Shown here: one piece after another, positions 48,900 through 61,664 of the stretch
Layout: each line of letters begins with the position of its first letter
How positions within the stretch are numbered: position 1 is the first letter of the stretch
NCBI GenBank assembly: GCA_029953675.1
Contig: JAMWBK010000001.1
Coordinates: 806,001 to 870,000, forward strand
Length of the DNA stretch: 64,000 bases
Direction of reading: 5' to 3'
DNA from: Rhodosorus marinus CCMP1338
Lineage: Eukaryota; Plantae; Rhodophyta
Notes under the pieces: model-generated
Told to the model about the DNA's origin: nothing
Seen by the model: only the letters and a program-made list of their open reading frames with translations
Database searches by the model: none
Made by a program: the position numbers and the translations under genes

Positions 48900-50640
48900 T
48901 TCCTGAATAGCGGGTCACTAAAAGTTTGGAACTGGGCTATAGATCTGTGCGTCGACGCTAGATACTACTTTTTTCAATCTACCTATGCGTGAGTTTCTGA
49001 TTTGAACCATAGCCGACAGAGCTGAGGTGAGCTCACTTTGAAAGCGACGAGAGGAAAGCATTTTTCCATAGCTTGAAAGCCTCAATGTGGTCCTGCACTA
49101 CAAGCGCCTCTCGCCATCCCGTCCCTATCTAGTCCACGATTCGTGAGAAAGGTGGAGCTGTAGGTCGTCATAGCACGACGATGAGTAGCCACATACATAA
49201 CAGCGTTGATGGCTTGTTCTGTAAAATTTTTACCATCCCACCAAAGGCGGCGAGCTATTCTCCTTTTGAGTCCAAAACGTGCGTCGGGCCTAGCTGCGCT
49301 ACTTCATTTACTCGTTTTAAACTAAAATTTCATCTTTGTTGAAACGGGGATGGCGATGAATTTCTGGGCGCAACTTGGTTACATAAGCAAGTGTGGCACG
49401 TTCGGAGATTTCATCCCCTTTGTGCGTTTCTTTCGTGTTCCCCTGCCGAGGGTTTCCACTTGCTAGTTTCGTGCTTCCTTCAGTTCCCCTGGATGGCTCT
49501 CCTGAAAATTGGCTCTGATTTAACTATACGATGTTGTTGTTGTCGGTTTCACTGACTAACTTTGTCCAGTAGCATTAAACTCCATGCGGGGTGTGCTGTG
49601 AACTAGGCAGGGGGTCAGCTGAGGCCCTACCGAGAAATGAACTTGGGTCTAGGGATTCAGGGTCCCTTGTGTTAACCAAGCTACATGATAAGACCATCTC
49701 AACATCTTTTGGGTTCGAAGAGATGCCGGAGGGTGTCAGTAGATCTTTGGTGGAATATAGAGCATATACTCGCGATGGGTGGCTAGTGCAGAGCTAGAGT
49801 CCAAGCTGGTTGATCGGGAGGGGAGATTGAGGTGGCAATGGAGTGAATTTGTAGAGGCCATTATTACATAAACTCAGGAATCCTTTACGACGATAGAGCG
49901 TTGACGTGCTCGTAGTCTGTTAGACCTTGTTAAACGCTCTCGCCAACAGATAATTTATCTTCAGCATTCAGTTTGAGGCTTTTCGTGAGCGCAAGTCAGT
50001 GCTTGTTCATACTATGAGCATGAGCGAGTGGCGAGGCCAGTGCAGTGAAAAGCGGTAGATCTTTTTTGAAAGGAAAGCTCGGACCGAGAACTGAGTGTGA
50101 CGTGTCATTGATGATTCACAGTTTGATTCGCTTCTCTCCTGGCTGGCAGGGGAGCCGTCGTGTTGACATCTTGGCCAGGTCACTGGCACGAGGATGTTGC
50201 TCTCCAATGACTTGTTCGTAGTGATGGGCGCGTACCTCGCCTCAGAGCAATCGAGAACACCTTGCATTTGTAATCGAGCGTTTGCAAAAAGAAAACAACA
50301 CTCCTCCAACTCAGAATGCCGGCAGCCACTTCCACTACGGGCTTCTCTTTTTCTTCAGTCCCGGAAGAAACACTTTTGGTAGTCCTCCTCATCACCGTCT
50401 TCGACTCCTTGGTTCTTCGATGCCTCTGACTCACAAACCACTTTCCATCTCACTCGGATGGTGCAGTTCCAATGCGTCAGCCGCTTGCCGAGTCTTATCT
50501 CGACTCCAGCAGAAAAGCATGAGGTGGCTTGATGAACCGCAGATGCTACATCTCATCGGTTTGCCATCCCTCCCGGTTCTGTTTGCGATCGCCTACCGTT
50601 GGCGAAGGACGACATTCTTCCCAAGCAGTTGTTTCTCAGC
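48900..50640 (-). mobile_element. Highly degenerate LTR-retrotransposon relic (gag zinc knuckle, possible protease and RT remnants)
   Basis: Minus-strand DGKPMRCSICGSSSHLMLFC (CX2CX4HX4C, 50550-50509); downstream GVLDCS and SKKIYRF resemble retro-aspartic protease segments and KNAFL resembles the Copia RT DVKNAFL motif; many stops and frameshifts; no LTR pair identified; boundaries approximate. Confidence 0.5.
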
Positions 50641-51123
50641 TGGACTTAAAAGTTAGCCACCAACATTTTTACCCAAATCAAGGCTACGAGACAATCATTG
50701 ACCAATCCGAGTTGGATTGGTCATCCGACCAAACGATATGCAAGGATTCTGGACACTAATTAACCCTTTTGTCACAGAAATATGATCTGTTGTACCAGAA
50801 AAGTCTCCCACCAAGCTCCGCTCCGTCCGGAAATTTCATAATTTATTTCACTTCGTCATAAACAAGAACAATAGTAAACTAAAACTTATGAATTACACGA
50901 TAAAACTCCTCCCCACTCCGCTCAAAAATCTAATTAAAAAATATTTCTGGTACTTAAGGACAGATTTGATTTTTAATACGTAGAATATTCGTAGATATAG
51001 AACAGTTTCACACTGGTGTGGAACAGTGGCGTCCATCGATGGTCGACGGATTGTCGTTTACGAACGGGGAAGGCCGATGTAAGTCTTTCGTTAAGCCGCA
51101 ACTTCGCAATTAGTGTATTGAGC

Positions 51124-51195
51124 GGAGGATTTGGTGAATTTGGCGGATTTGGTGGATTTGGTGAATTTGGCGGATTTGGTGAATTTGGTGGATTT
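51124..51195. repeat. 9-bp minisatellite (GG[T/C/A]G[A/G]ATTT) x8 upstream of TIM50
   Basis: ggaggattt ggtgaattt ggcggattt ggtggattt ggtgaattt ggcggattt ggtgaattt ggtggattt. Confidence 0.92.
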
Positions 51196-51330
51196 GGTGG
51201 CTGTGGTGGAACTGTTTTCTTGGTTAGTTTTTATAGATCATGCCAGGATCAAGGATGATCTGGGCTTTTTCGCTTTAGAGGAGGGTGGTGGTGAAGCCTT
51301 TTAGGAGGATTTTTTTGATCGAATGAGACA

Positions 51331-52875
51331 ATGATCTTGAGCAGAACGGCGCCCGTGTTGGGCAGGCTGAGGGCGGTAACACCACCAGCCAGGATCGGTT
51401 TCTCAAGATCGGCGCGACTGAAGGCTGAACCGAAGCCCTCAGGTGAGGAACATAATCTATCTACTCGAATTTGTGCGGGATTGCCAAAGTTTGGCCAGGG
51501 GGACTGAGGGTTTGGGTTTTGTGTACTTGCGTGCTTTATTTACCAATCCAGAAAACTCTAGCCGGAAGAATCGATCACGGGAAGAATCTGCTTCAGCTGT
51601 CAAGCCCACGGAGGATACCACGGGAAAGCCGCAGGAGAAGGTGTCAGCAGATCCGGACAAGGCCGCCAAAGAGTTTAACGGCGAAGAACACGAAAGTCAA
51701 CGTACTACGGGAGAAGAGAAGGAACCACCAAAATCGAAGACATGGGCAAGAGTGAGCAGAGCCTTGAATATCGCTGCGGTGTTAGGGATTGGTTCTGGAG
51801 GTGTGTGGGCGTACCTAAACCAGGAAGAGGTCATGGAGAAGATAAGGTGAGCCAGATTTTACATGTATTAGGTCCTCAGAACTTGCAGTGATACAGAAAA
51901 AAAGTCTGAGATTGAGGCGTTGTCTCCATTAGGTTCTTTACCGAGCCTTCCAGCGACAAACTGTTGCCGGATCCGGTAAAATACCCCGGAGGGGGTCTAC
52001 CGCCAAGGACATTGGTTATTGAGCTGGATGACACGCTTGTACACTCCATGTGGTCCCGTGCAACTGGTTGGAGGCATACGAAGAGACCAGGTAGCTCCTA
52101 CCTCGGGGCTTAACTTTCCTCGTCAAGTCTGTCCATCCAGGCGCTGACCCAAGTAATGTTGTTTTTCGATGATCAACGTAGGCGTCGAGGCGTTTCTCGC
52201 ATATTTATCTTCTTTCTATGAAATCGTACTATTTACTTCTCAGCCGACAACTTACGCGGATCCGATTCTCGACAAACTGGACCCAAGCGGCTACATCATG
52301 CACAGGCTCTACCGCGATGCTACAAAGTTTACAGGCGGAGTTTACGTTAAGGATCTCTCGAAGCTGAATCGCGATCTTGCTCGAACGATTGTGATTGACA
52401 CGGATTCCCATGCCCTGGAATTGCAGCCTAGCAACGCCCTTCTAGTGCCGAAATGGGATCGAGATCCGATGGACCGCACTTTACTGGACCTGATACCAAT
52501 GCTCGAGAATATCGTTCGTGATGACGTTCAGGATGTTCGACCGATGCTAGCTTCCTACTACGGAACAAATGTGGCGAAGGAGTACTCAAGAAGAAGGTGA
52601 GATGTTTTCCTTTCCCGTCTGAAGCTGGATTGCCGGACGACTCTTGCTCAAAATCCTTTTGCCCGCTCGATCGGTTATGAAATGCCCTTAGGTCTGTCGA
52701 GCTCCCCCAGTCAACCAAGTCACGCTTTGGAGGGCTCACTCTGGGATCGGGTCTCATGGGGGCCTCAGATCCGCAGCCTGTCTCACCCCCTCCCCCGACG
52801 TTGCCCTCCTCCGGAAGCACGGATTCATCAGAGGAGCGGTCTGGGGGAAGTTTGTTTAAACGGCTTCGCAAATAG
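51331..52875 (+). CDS. TIM50: Mitochondrial import inner membrane translocase subunit TIM50 (FCP1-like/NIF domain), multi-exon
   Basis: Presequence [14 protein letters not shown], single TM ([18 protein letters not shown]), [42 protein letters not shown]|[32 protein letters not shown]...LLDLIPML. Confidence 0.95.
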
Positions 52876-53382
52876 ACAACTTGTACAGAAATAGCGATAA
52901 GCTTTCTGAGAATGTTAGCTTATGAAACTTTAACAAACCTCACACTCAGGGGGACGTTCAATCGAGAACCCAAAGAGATTCGTAAAGCGTTCTGTTGCAG
53001 TAAGATGAATAACCCGAACTGAGAAACAAGGTCAGCTTGTCCAGTGGTCCCATACGATCCCGCGTCCTTTCCCAAACCACGAGAGTCTCAACATAAAGGA
53101 ATCATAATAGATTTAGGGTAATGTAAAACCCCTAAGCACTGAGACGAAACGCCAATCCAGCTTCAGTATGTCCCACTCTTCTCTAATGTTGTGGGACATT
53201 GTCCAACTGCGGCGGAATTGGTATTGTCTCGTACGAGGACGGATTCCATCAATTTTGCAGGCGGCCGGTGGGTTTCTATTCCTAAGGGGTACAGCGCGAA
53301 TTGCTTATTTGAGGTTGCGGATTTCTAGCTCAGATGTACGTCGAGGTTTAAGATTTTGTAGCAGGCCTGTCTTTGGGACGTA

Positions 53383-54449
53383 ATGGCTGGCGATGGCGGC
53401 TTCAATACGGTATTCGAATTCAATAAAACTGAAAGTTCCTTGAAAGGAACGTTCTTGTTCGCGCGTTCAGGAGAACACTGACCACGCTTTTCGGACTTTG
53501 ACCTTCCTCTGTGTAGTACACGCCTCTGGACGCGGAAAAGGACCAGTATGAGTACGGTGAGGATTTCCCTCTGACCAGCTCTGTAGCGGAATCCATGAAT
53601 GTGGTCAAACTTGGTGGGTGTCGTTCAAGATTCGGGTATACTGAGCCCTTGACGGTTGGTTTGACTAACAGTTGGAAACTGTTCTCTGACAGGGTTTCTT
53701 TCAAAGGTGTTTTCCATCCTGTTCTTGGAGTTTTTGTATATGACAGCAGTCGCAGCTGGACATTTTATAAACGAGCATGCGCAGGAAAGCGATCACAGGT
53801 GGATGCTGTCATCAATTCCCTTTCTCGTGCTTCTTCTTGGCGCTGTGTTCTGGTTTAAGACGTCGTCCCCTTTAAACCTCGTGCTCCTCGCTTTGCTCGT
53901 AAGTGAACTACTCGGTGCATTTTCTGCGTCCGCAGCTCACTGACCCTTAAAGCCTCTTTGTAGGTCTTTTGTTTGTCTCCCGTTCTTTTCTACTTGACCG
54001 TTCGTATGAGCAACACCTTCCTTGCTGGTACTCTAGAGCTCTTCCTTTTTCAGCAGACAGTCACATACGCGTTTCTAGCGATCTTCTGTGTTATTGCGAA
54101 GGCAGAATTCTCCTTCCGAGCGAGTTTCCTATTTGCTGGTTTTGTCAGTCTGGTATTTGTCATCTTCGCGGAATCTGTCCTTGTTCACGCATCTCTCTAC
54201 GGAGCGTTCCTGGCCGCCGCATTGGCCCTGTTGCTTGAGGCCTACGTGCTACTAACTATTTATCTGCAGTGTCAAGAACTGCATCCGGAGGCTTACGACA
54301 TAGCCGTTGTCGGGTTGCTCACCCAGGTGGATGTTACATTTGCGTATCTCCGCGATAAGCTCACGAAGAAGGATAGGAGGCAGCCCATAAGCCAATCTCT
54401 GAGTAACTACGGGTCGTTGAACACTTTAAGCCGAACACAAAGCAAATAG
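53383..54449 (+). CDS. Bax inhibitor-1/Lifeguard (TMBIM) family membrane protein, multi-exon
   Basis: Spliced SSVAESMNVVKLG-FLSKVFSILFLEFL matches the LFG entry motif; PLNLVLLALL; multiple TMs ending EAYDIAVVGLLTQVD. Confidence 0.8.
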
Positions 54450-55028
54450 GAGACAGCTAAAATGCTATAATAAAAGGATTCTTTTCCACCCATAGAAGCT
54501 TGGCAGGTTGTCAAGGCCTAGGACTCTACAGCGGGGTACCCCTGTGGACGGACGCCTCCCAACTGGTATGCGATGAGCGTACAAGCAAATGCTCGATGTA
54601 CGACTTGGCGACAAACCAAGCGCATTGCAGAAGTTGCACTGGAGATTAGCACATCTGCCCTCTTCTTGCAAGCGTTTTCCGAGGTTTTGCAGTTCTCCAT
54701 GTACGGAACACAAATGGTAGGGCTAAGAGTCACCCCTCGCTTTTGGGTTCATCCAGCCGGCCAAAGTGGCTACATTGAGCAACTTATTGAATAATAGCTT
54801 AATAGAGCATGGTCAAACGAGTAATATTCGCCATCGATCCGCGAGATGCGTCTCGGACTAAAAATGGGGAAAGTTTTGTTGATAAAAAAATTTCCATTTT
54901 AAAGGTTATGAATAGAGTGAATACGGAGGATTTTGCTGAAGGGGGCGGGGGAGGTGGGATTTAGTTGGGAATGTTTCTTGTAGAGGCGTTGCAGAGACAC
55001 AAATCATGAATATGATAGAGTAGATGAG

Positions 55029-57720
55029 ATGATGCAAAGAGCGGCTTCGTGCAGGAGGTCTGGTGGAAGCGTGCTGACGCTACGCCGCGATGAAAATGCG
55101 GCTGGTCTACGAGAGGGCGGGGCGGTGGCGAGTAGCAAGAATCTGGCGTGGAGCCCCATAGCGAGCGATAGTCAGCGCATTAGAACAGTTCAGAATATGG
55201 GGACGCAACCGTCCCTATCACCCAGTGGGTTTGACAGCGCTCCCAACCCGAACATAGTTCCATACGAGTCGAACGAGTCCAGCTTGGAGCCGTTTGATTA
55301 TGACGACAAGGTCGCAGAGGGGATTTTTGGTGCGTCCTATAGCTCATGCTGCGTGGGTTGTTAGGTCGATTGATCTTGTGCAGCTGACGTGCGATGTGCT
55401 GGCGACAATACTAAATAGATAAGCTCAGGCAAGAGGGAAACCAGAGTGAACTGCTTCTCGAGAATTCTGTGCGACGTCTATTTGGAACATGAGTACAAAG
55501 GGTTACATACTGGTTGCTGATACTGGGGCGCTTATGTGTCCACACCTCTATCCCTCGAGCAGCGCAATCAAAATGCTGAATTGAGGAACAAAGCCGCGGC
55601 GTTATCCCAGTCAATTCGATCACATAGGGGTCAGGTATCAAGACTCGATGGAATCTACCGCCAAGCCGACGATTGTTTTTTTTCCGTGGAAGCCGAGATA
55701 GTTGTTGCAAGGAAAGTTCAGGAAGAGATGCTTTCTGGTCTGGAGAGACTCCAAATTCAGACGGAAAACGGTCCGAAACAAGCCCTATCAATACAGAAGC
55801 AATACTCCCTGCGTTTGTCGCGTTTAACTTGTTCAATATCCATATAGGGATGGCTGAGGCGACACAAACCGCGCGGTTCGTCAATAAGACCAGAGAAAGC
55901 AATGATCGACTTCAGAGAGCCCTTGAAGAAGTCGAGCGCAGCTACGATTCGACGATGAGCTCGGCTGAGCAAGGTATATGTGGACTTCCAGCTATTGATC
56001 AGCACCGCGTGCAATCTAAAGTGCCCTGATGACTTCTCTAGAAGCCAAAATCGTTTCAGAAATGGCGCTTGAGTTGTCCACGGCGAAAGATAGACTCGCG
56101 CTTATGCAAGCCGGAAGAGACACTCTCAACGAACAGTACATGGCGTACGAGCAGAGTAGCTTGTCGATTCACCAGGACGTGGGTGCTTGCGGTTAAACGT
56201 GCGTCCTTTGTAACCGTGCTTTGCTCTGATCTCATTTTTGCATCAGCATCGCATTAGGCAAGCGCTCTCAAAACTGAAGATTCGTTACGAGCCAGGGAGA
56301 TTGAATCCATCAAGACCCAACTGGCCAGGTAGCACTTCTGCCAGAGCAGTCCTGGTGCTCCACCGGCTTGCGCGTTGCTGAATATTGAATCTTCACAGGC
56401 TTACGGACGAGTATGCTGAGGAGGAAAATGTGAGGAAGAACCTATCAGCGCAACACTCGTCGGTAGGGCAATCGGAATGCATTACAGACCATTCTTCGAA
56501 AACTAGGAGTTCCACCAGAATGAACGATGAAGAACGACTCGCTATTTCAGGTGATGAAGATGACTTCAGGTATCGCGGAGTCGCTGGAAGTGTTGGAGGT
56601 AGTGTAGCGTATCCATGCTGTTAAACAGAATCCGTGAAGATTTGAGCTGCGACTGAGCTTTGACTGCGCCGCAACCTATCTGGAAACCAGGACAAAATCG
56701 GAGAACTCGAGGCTGGCATTGCTTGCGCTGACAAGCAGACTCATGTAGGGCATGCACAATTCAAGTTGAACGTGCTAATCAATAGAGGGCTGACTCTCGA
56801 CTCCTTGCAATATCTAGGATATCCGCGATCAGCAGAAGTCGCTTGAGAGCGGAGCTGAGGATATGCGAGATGCAGTAAAAACGGCAGAGCAGCAAGTTCA
56901 ACAAGGAAGAACAGACTTGGAGCGCATCGAAATCGAAACAAAAGCCATGTCCGATACCCTGCGAGACAAGGAGGCAGATCTTCAACGCCTTCATCAACAA
57001 GAAGCCGACTCCATAGAGGAGCGATTCCAGCGTGAGCACCGCAGCTTATGTTCGACCATCGAGATAGTCGAGAGCAAACTGACTGCACTAGCTAAGGACT
57101 CGCAGTGCAAGAAGCAGCGGGTGCTCGAGCAAGGAGAAGATCTGAAAAGAGATGCGAGCAGCTTGCAGGAACTGAAACTTCGTTCGCTTGCGGCTGAACG
57201 GGTACGGGCTGAATTGAGCGTCCTTCAGCGGAGAGCGGAAGAGCTCATAGAGGAGAGGAGCAAGGTCGAAGGGAGCAGCACGGTTCCTATCCGTGAACTT
57301 TGCCTACGCGTGGACCAAGCTCAGAAGGAAATTCAAGAGGAGCGGGAGCGCAACGCTCAATCACGAAACGAACTCGATGAATTGAAAAAGAAGATGACAT
57401 CCATGCATTCCCGATCAAGCGCCGGTATTGACAGAACTACTGCCTTTCATAAGACAGAGCGCAGCTCTCCCCCGAGAGGTCGAACTGTTGCCCTCGCACG
57501 GAAGAACAAACAACGCAATACTAAACCAGTTCAGAGAAGACCAGCTACGAAAGGGCCAGAACCGCATCGAGCTCTGAGTAGAGGACTGGCGTCTAACACG
57601 GCCCCAAAACGTAAACAAGTCGAGCGGGTCCCGAAAAAAGGGAGGAAATCAAGAACCACGGAGAGTTCTCAGTCTCAAGGAAAGGTACGAGACGACATGT
57701 GGTTTGAGGATGACTTCTGA
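55029..57720 (+). CDS. Long coiled-coil protein with basic C-terminal tail; function unknown; multi-exon
   Basis: Successive E/Q/R/K/L-rich helical ORFs (55536, 55673, 56863) separated by GT-AG introns; ends KGRKSR...DDMWFEDDF*. Not all junctions verified. Confidence 0.7.
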
Positions 57721-58988
57721 TATCCCACGGCCGATCGCATCTACTTGCTATGGGAACAATATCTGCCGAGACGAGATCACAAGCACCGTCTAGCATCCGA
57801 AAGCCAACTCTATTGATGGAAATGTCTCATTTTGCAAATCCTCTTCAGCACCGAATTTGGCTATCATCTTCCGCACGCAACTAAACAGGCACCTCTAGCC
57901 CAAGCCGAATCACCGTTCACAAGGCCGCAGATAACCTCAGCATTTCATGATAAGCTTTTTGATTGATCAATCCTGATCCTTGTCTCCGCGCGGCCGCGTA
58001 AACTTGTCCATTGAGAAAGGCCAGCAAAGGAACCAGAACACTCCAAAGCGGCAAAGACCGCAGAAGAGGTACTCTGCTCTGGAGTGGATCAAAATCCGGG
58101 GTAGTACCTTCACCCCTCCTTATCTAGGGCACGCTGCTAGCTCCAGCCTGGGATTAACAAATCTCTCCATGGACGGCCCTCGTCGCCCTTCCTACCCCTT
58201 CAATCCAATGAACCAAAAAGCGATGCCATCCTCGTTATTTTCCCGCTCGCTCAACGCTCCGGAGGGACATCTCTCCATCGCAAATTCCAGCACACAATGA
58301 TGCAGTGAAAGCTCTTCAAATCATCCAAACAGATCTTGCTGAAAACACCATAACAGCTTTGTCCCCCTCTCAAAATCTGGCGGATCGCTCTCCTCACCTC
58401 TTCCTACTATACAATGATTGACAGAGATAATACATTCTGGTGAACGATACCAACTTCAAGGTTCGTCATGTTTGGTCCAATATCGAATATAGTACATCCA
58501 TTAGTACAAAATATATGGAATAAAGGATGAAAAAAGGATGATTCGATTCCATATTGATACCATGCAAAAGTACTACGCGTCCATTTCCTGTTTATGCGAC
58601 GTTTTATGACACCGCCAAATATGGCCCGACCAAGATTGGCTGCTGTCAGGTGTTGGAAATGATGATGCATTGAAAAGGACGAGTTTGATGAATTCAGTCA
58701 CGGCTTGAGCTTCACCCGACTGGAGAGAAGAGGACAGCTATTGGTGTGTGAGGATACGGAAACTGGAATGGATTTCTTGTTGTGGGAGACAAGTCGGTTG
58801 GGTTCGTAGAAGCGTGGGATTGAGAGACGTACGAGACCGGGAGAGAGAATTGCAAGGTCGAGATAGGGTGGGAGACGCTTTGGAGATCTGAAGGAGAGTA
58901 GGAGTTGCGTGCGTGGAAAGGGATTGAGGTTTTGAGGAGAGACTTTCTCATACTGAGCACCGCGGGATTTTGAAGGGAGGCGTTAGAC

Positions 58989-59446
58989 ATGGGGAATATG
59001 TGCTGTGGTGGCGAGGAGGAGGATTTCGCTCCTCCACACCAAGCCAGCGCTCAGCACCCTGGAAAGTTGCATGTCGATTACGTGGGAGAGGGCCATCGAC
59101 TTGGGGCTGAAAACGGCGCGGCAGGGGTGGCAGGGGACACGCCGGAGGACATGCGAGAACGAAGGCTTCAGGCAGCCGAGGAAAGACAGAAGCAGATGCA
59201 AAATCGAGGGATTCCAAATACGAGGTAACAATCAAGCAACGGAATAGAGTCAATGGATTAAAGGCTGACAACGACTCCTATTTCCACGTGTAGACAAGGT
59301 GCGCAGTCATACCCAGCACCTCAGAAGACTCATGATGGTGGTATTGACCATCAGGTAAGCGCGATATAGCACCTCCCAAAAAGCGCATGGATTCTGTCTG
59401 ATTCATCGCCACAATTTTCCTCCTTGAGTAGGACTGGTTGAACTGA
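58989..59446 (+). CDS. SVIP: Small VCP/p97-interacting protein-like (SVIP family), 3 exons
   Basis: MGNMCC (myristoylation plus palmitoylation pattern), RERRLQAAEERQKQMQNRGI (VIM, RX5AAX2R); introns in phase to ...DGGIDHQ|DWLN*. Confidence 0.8.
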
Positions 59447-60126
59447 AGGAGACGATGCTGCCTTGTCCAAACGAAAAACGCGACAAAGCTGTTTGCGTTT
59501 ATGGAGTATCCCAGAATCGATAAACGACAAGCACGCTCTCAGCAAGTGCTCTGGGAACGTAGACGGTTTCCGTGGTAGGGATCGGTAGAAGGCGTTTCTG
59601 CGCTGCTGATGTTGGTGCTCTTGTCGACGATATTCCGTCTGTCCATCCTTGATGCTCATCATAAGCCCACTTGCGGCACCAATTTAATTCTTAAATGGGC
59701 TCTTCATTTGAAGTCTGTCTGTGAAGCTCAAATCCAAAGCATATGATCGGAATTTCATCTATACCGGAAACTTTTTTTTGACCAGAAATATTTTTTGTTG
59801 AGTTAAAAAGAGATTAAAAATTGCAAAAGTAGTTAATAAATTAACTCGCTACAGCTGGAAAATTTTGCGCTCCATGACTCCGAGCTTGACCAGTGCAGTC
59901 TTGGCGCTCATCTCAAAACTGATGCACGCACTGGCCCGCTACGTTGCAAAGTGCGGAACAATTTCAGCGGGAAAATACTCGATACCAACGAAGATTTTGA
60001 AACGAGCTTTTCATCTTGCGTAGGGGATCATGCACATCAAGCGGGGCCACTGCAGAAACCTCTCTTCCCAAGTGAGAAAAACACAGCAGCTCCCGATCTC
60101 GGCATGGATGCCAAACCTCGACACTC

Positions 60127-61664
60127 TTAAGCGGAACTGTAACGAGCTGATAGTTCCACGTGCACGTCTCGTGGCAAAATTTTGTCTGCTAGAGGGCCTG
60201 CCATCTGAAACTCCTCAACGGAAAAGTCGAAGAGCTCGGGTAGAGCCTCGCCTATAATAAGCAGAGTATGTCATTCAGCATCGGAAACCATGACCTCCTC
60301 ATGACCACACGGCCGCTCAAGTCTAAGAGGGTTCCATACCATTGGGTAGCGTCGCAACACTGCTTCGAAGCGAATCAAAGCACTGGTGAGCCATTGCTTC
60401 CGCTAAAGTTATTCTCTTCTTCGGATTATATTGCAGCAGCTTATCGACCAGGTCAAGGACGTCCGGGGCGTTGTAGTCTCTGAACACCCTTCTCCATGAC
60501 TCAGGCTGGGCGGTTTTGCCACAAAAAAGAGTCTTTCGGTTTCAGAAATTCGTCACCCACAAGAGCTATACACAAGCCCGGTCTAACACTTACTGGGATC
60601 ACGGGGATCTTCGCGTTCTTCAGTCCATTGGATGTGTCAATGTCCGAATCCTTTGGGGTACCAAGTATCTTAACAATTTTGACCAGCAAATCCACGCAAG
60701 ACTGTCCGGGGAAAAGTGGATACCCGAGCATGAGCTCCGCCATGACACAACCTGCGGACCAAACGTCCACGGCAGTAGTGTAATGCGTTGCCCCGAAGAT
60801 CAGCTCCGGCGCTCTGTAAAATCGCGAGCAAATATAGGACATGTTTGCTTCGTTCTCGACTAGGACCTTTGCGCTACCAAAGTCGCATAGCTTGAGCTCC
60901 TTGTGCGCAGGGAATCGTGATATTGGACTGCAATCAGCTTTTCGTTCATTCATACGATCGTATGGCTTGAGAAAGTCCCCAGCGGTGTTTTGTAAAGGGT
61001 CCTTTAGCTTGCCTACCTGAGTGGCCGGATTCAGTAAAAGATTCTGAGGTTTTACATCGCGGTGACATATGCCCTTCGAGTGGATGTACCAAAGCGATCG
61101 AAACATTTGGAAGCAGTAGACTTTGAGGATGGTCAAGGGCATCAGGGACTTCGATTTCGTATAAGATCGCACAGCCTGGCTCAGAGTCTCCGGAACGTAG
61201 TCCATCACCAGATTTAAGTAAATGCCGTCATCCTGCGAAGCCAAAACGGTTGGGAATGGCGTCCGTCAGAAGTGCGAGTCCAAACTAAAAGTGGACTCGC
61301 AGGTGAAGGGGCTGCTAGGTGACTGAAACGCGAAAGAAGAAAAACGTACGGATGCATCCGTGGAGTAGAACGACTCGCGCAGAAGTATGACGTTTCTGTG
61401 GGTAAGCATCTTCATGATCTGCAGCTCACGATTTTTGAATCTCCTGTCCTGGAGGACTTCTTTGATCGCCACAGTTTCTCCAGTCGGTGGATGGAAGGCT
61501 TCGAAGACCGCACCAAACGATCCTCTTCCGACGTACTTCCTAACTCGGTATGGCACCCCGTTGTCCTCGGGGTATCCTCCCACTTCAACGACGTCATCAT
61601 CATCGGAAGCGCGCACCTTCATCCTTCGGGGCAGCGTCCTGCTGTACATAGCTCTTCTTCTCAT
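60127..61664 (-). CDS. GSK3: Glycogen synthase kinase-3/shaggy-like kinase, multi-exon; start uncertain
   Basis: [88 protein letters not shown]-terminal LPELFDFS. Confidence 0.97.

Noticed and set aside
54465-54794. Overlapping ~70-80 aa ORFs after the TMBIM gene
   Set aside because: No motif; mutually overlapping frames.
58407-58670. AT-rich ORF with TIFDIGPN resembling an FkbM methyltransferase motif I
   Set aside because: Single partial motif, glycine pattern incomplete and no downstream FkbM segments.
59351-59662. 103-aa minus ORF with ATG overlapping the SVIP-like 3' end
   Set aside because: No recognisable domain and it overlaps a supported gene's last exons.
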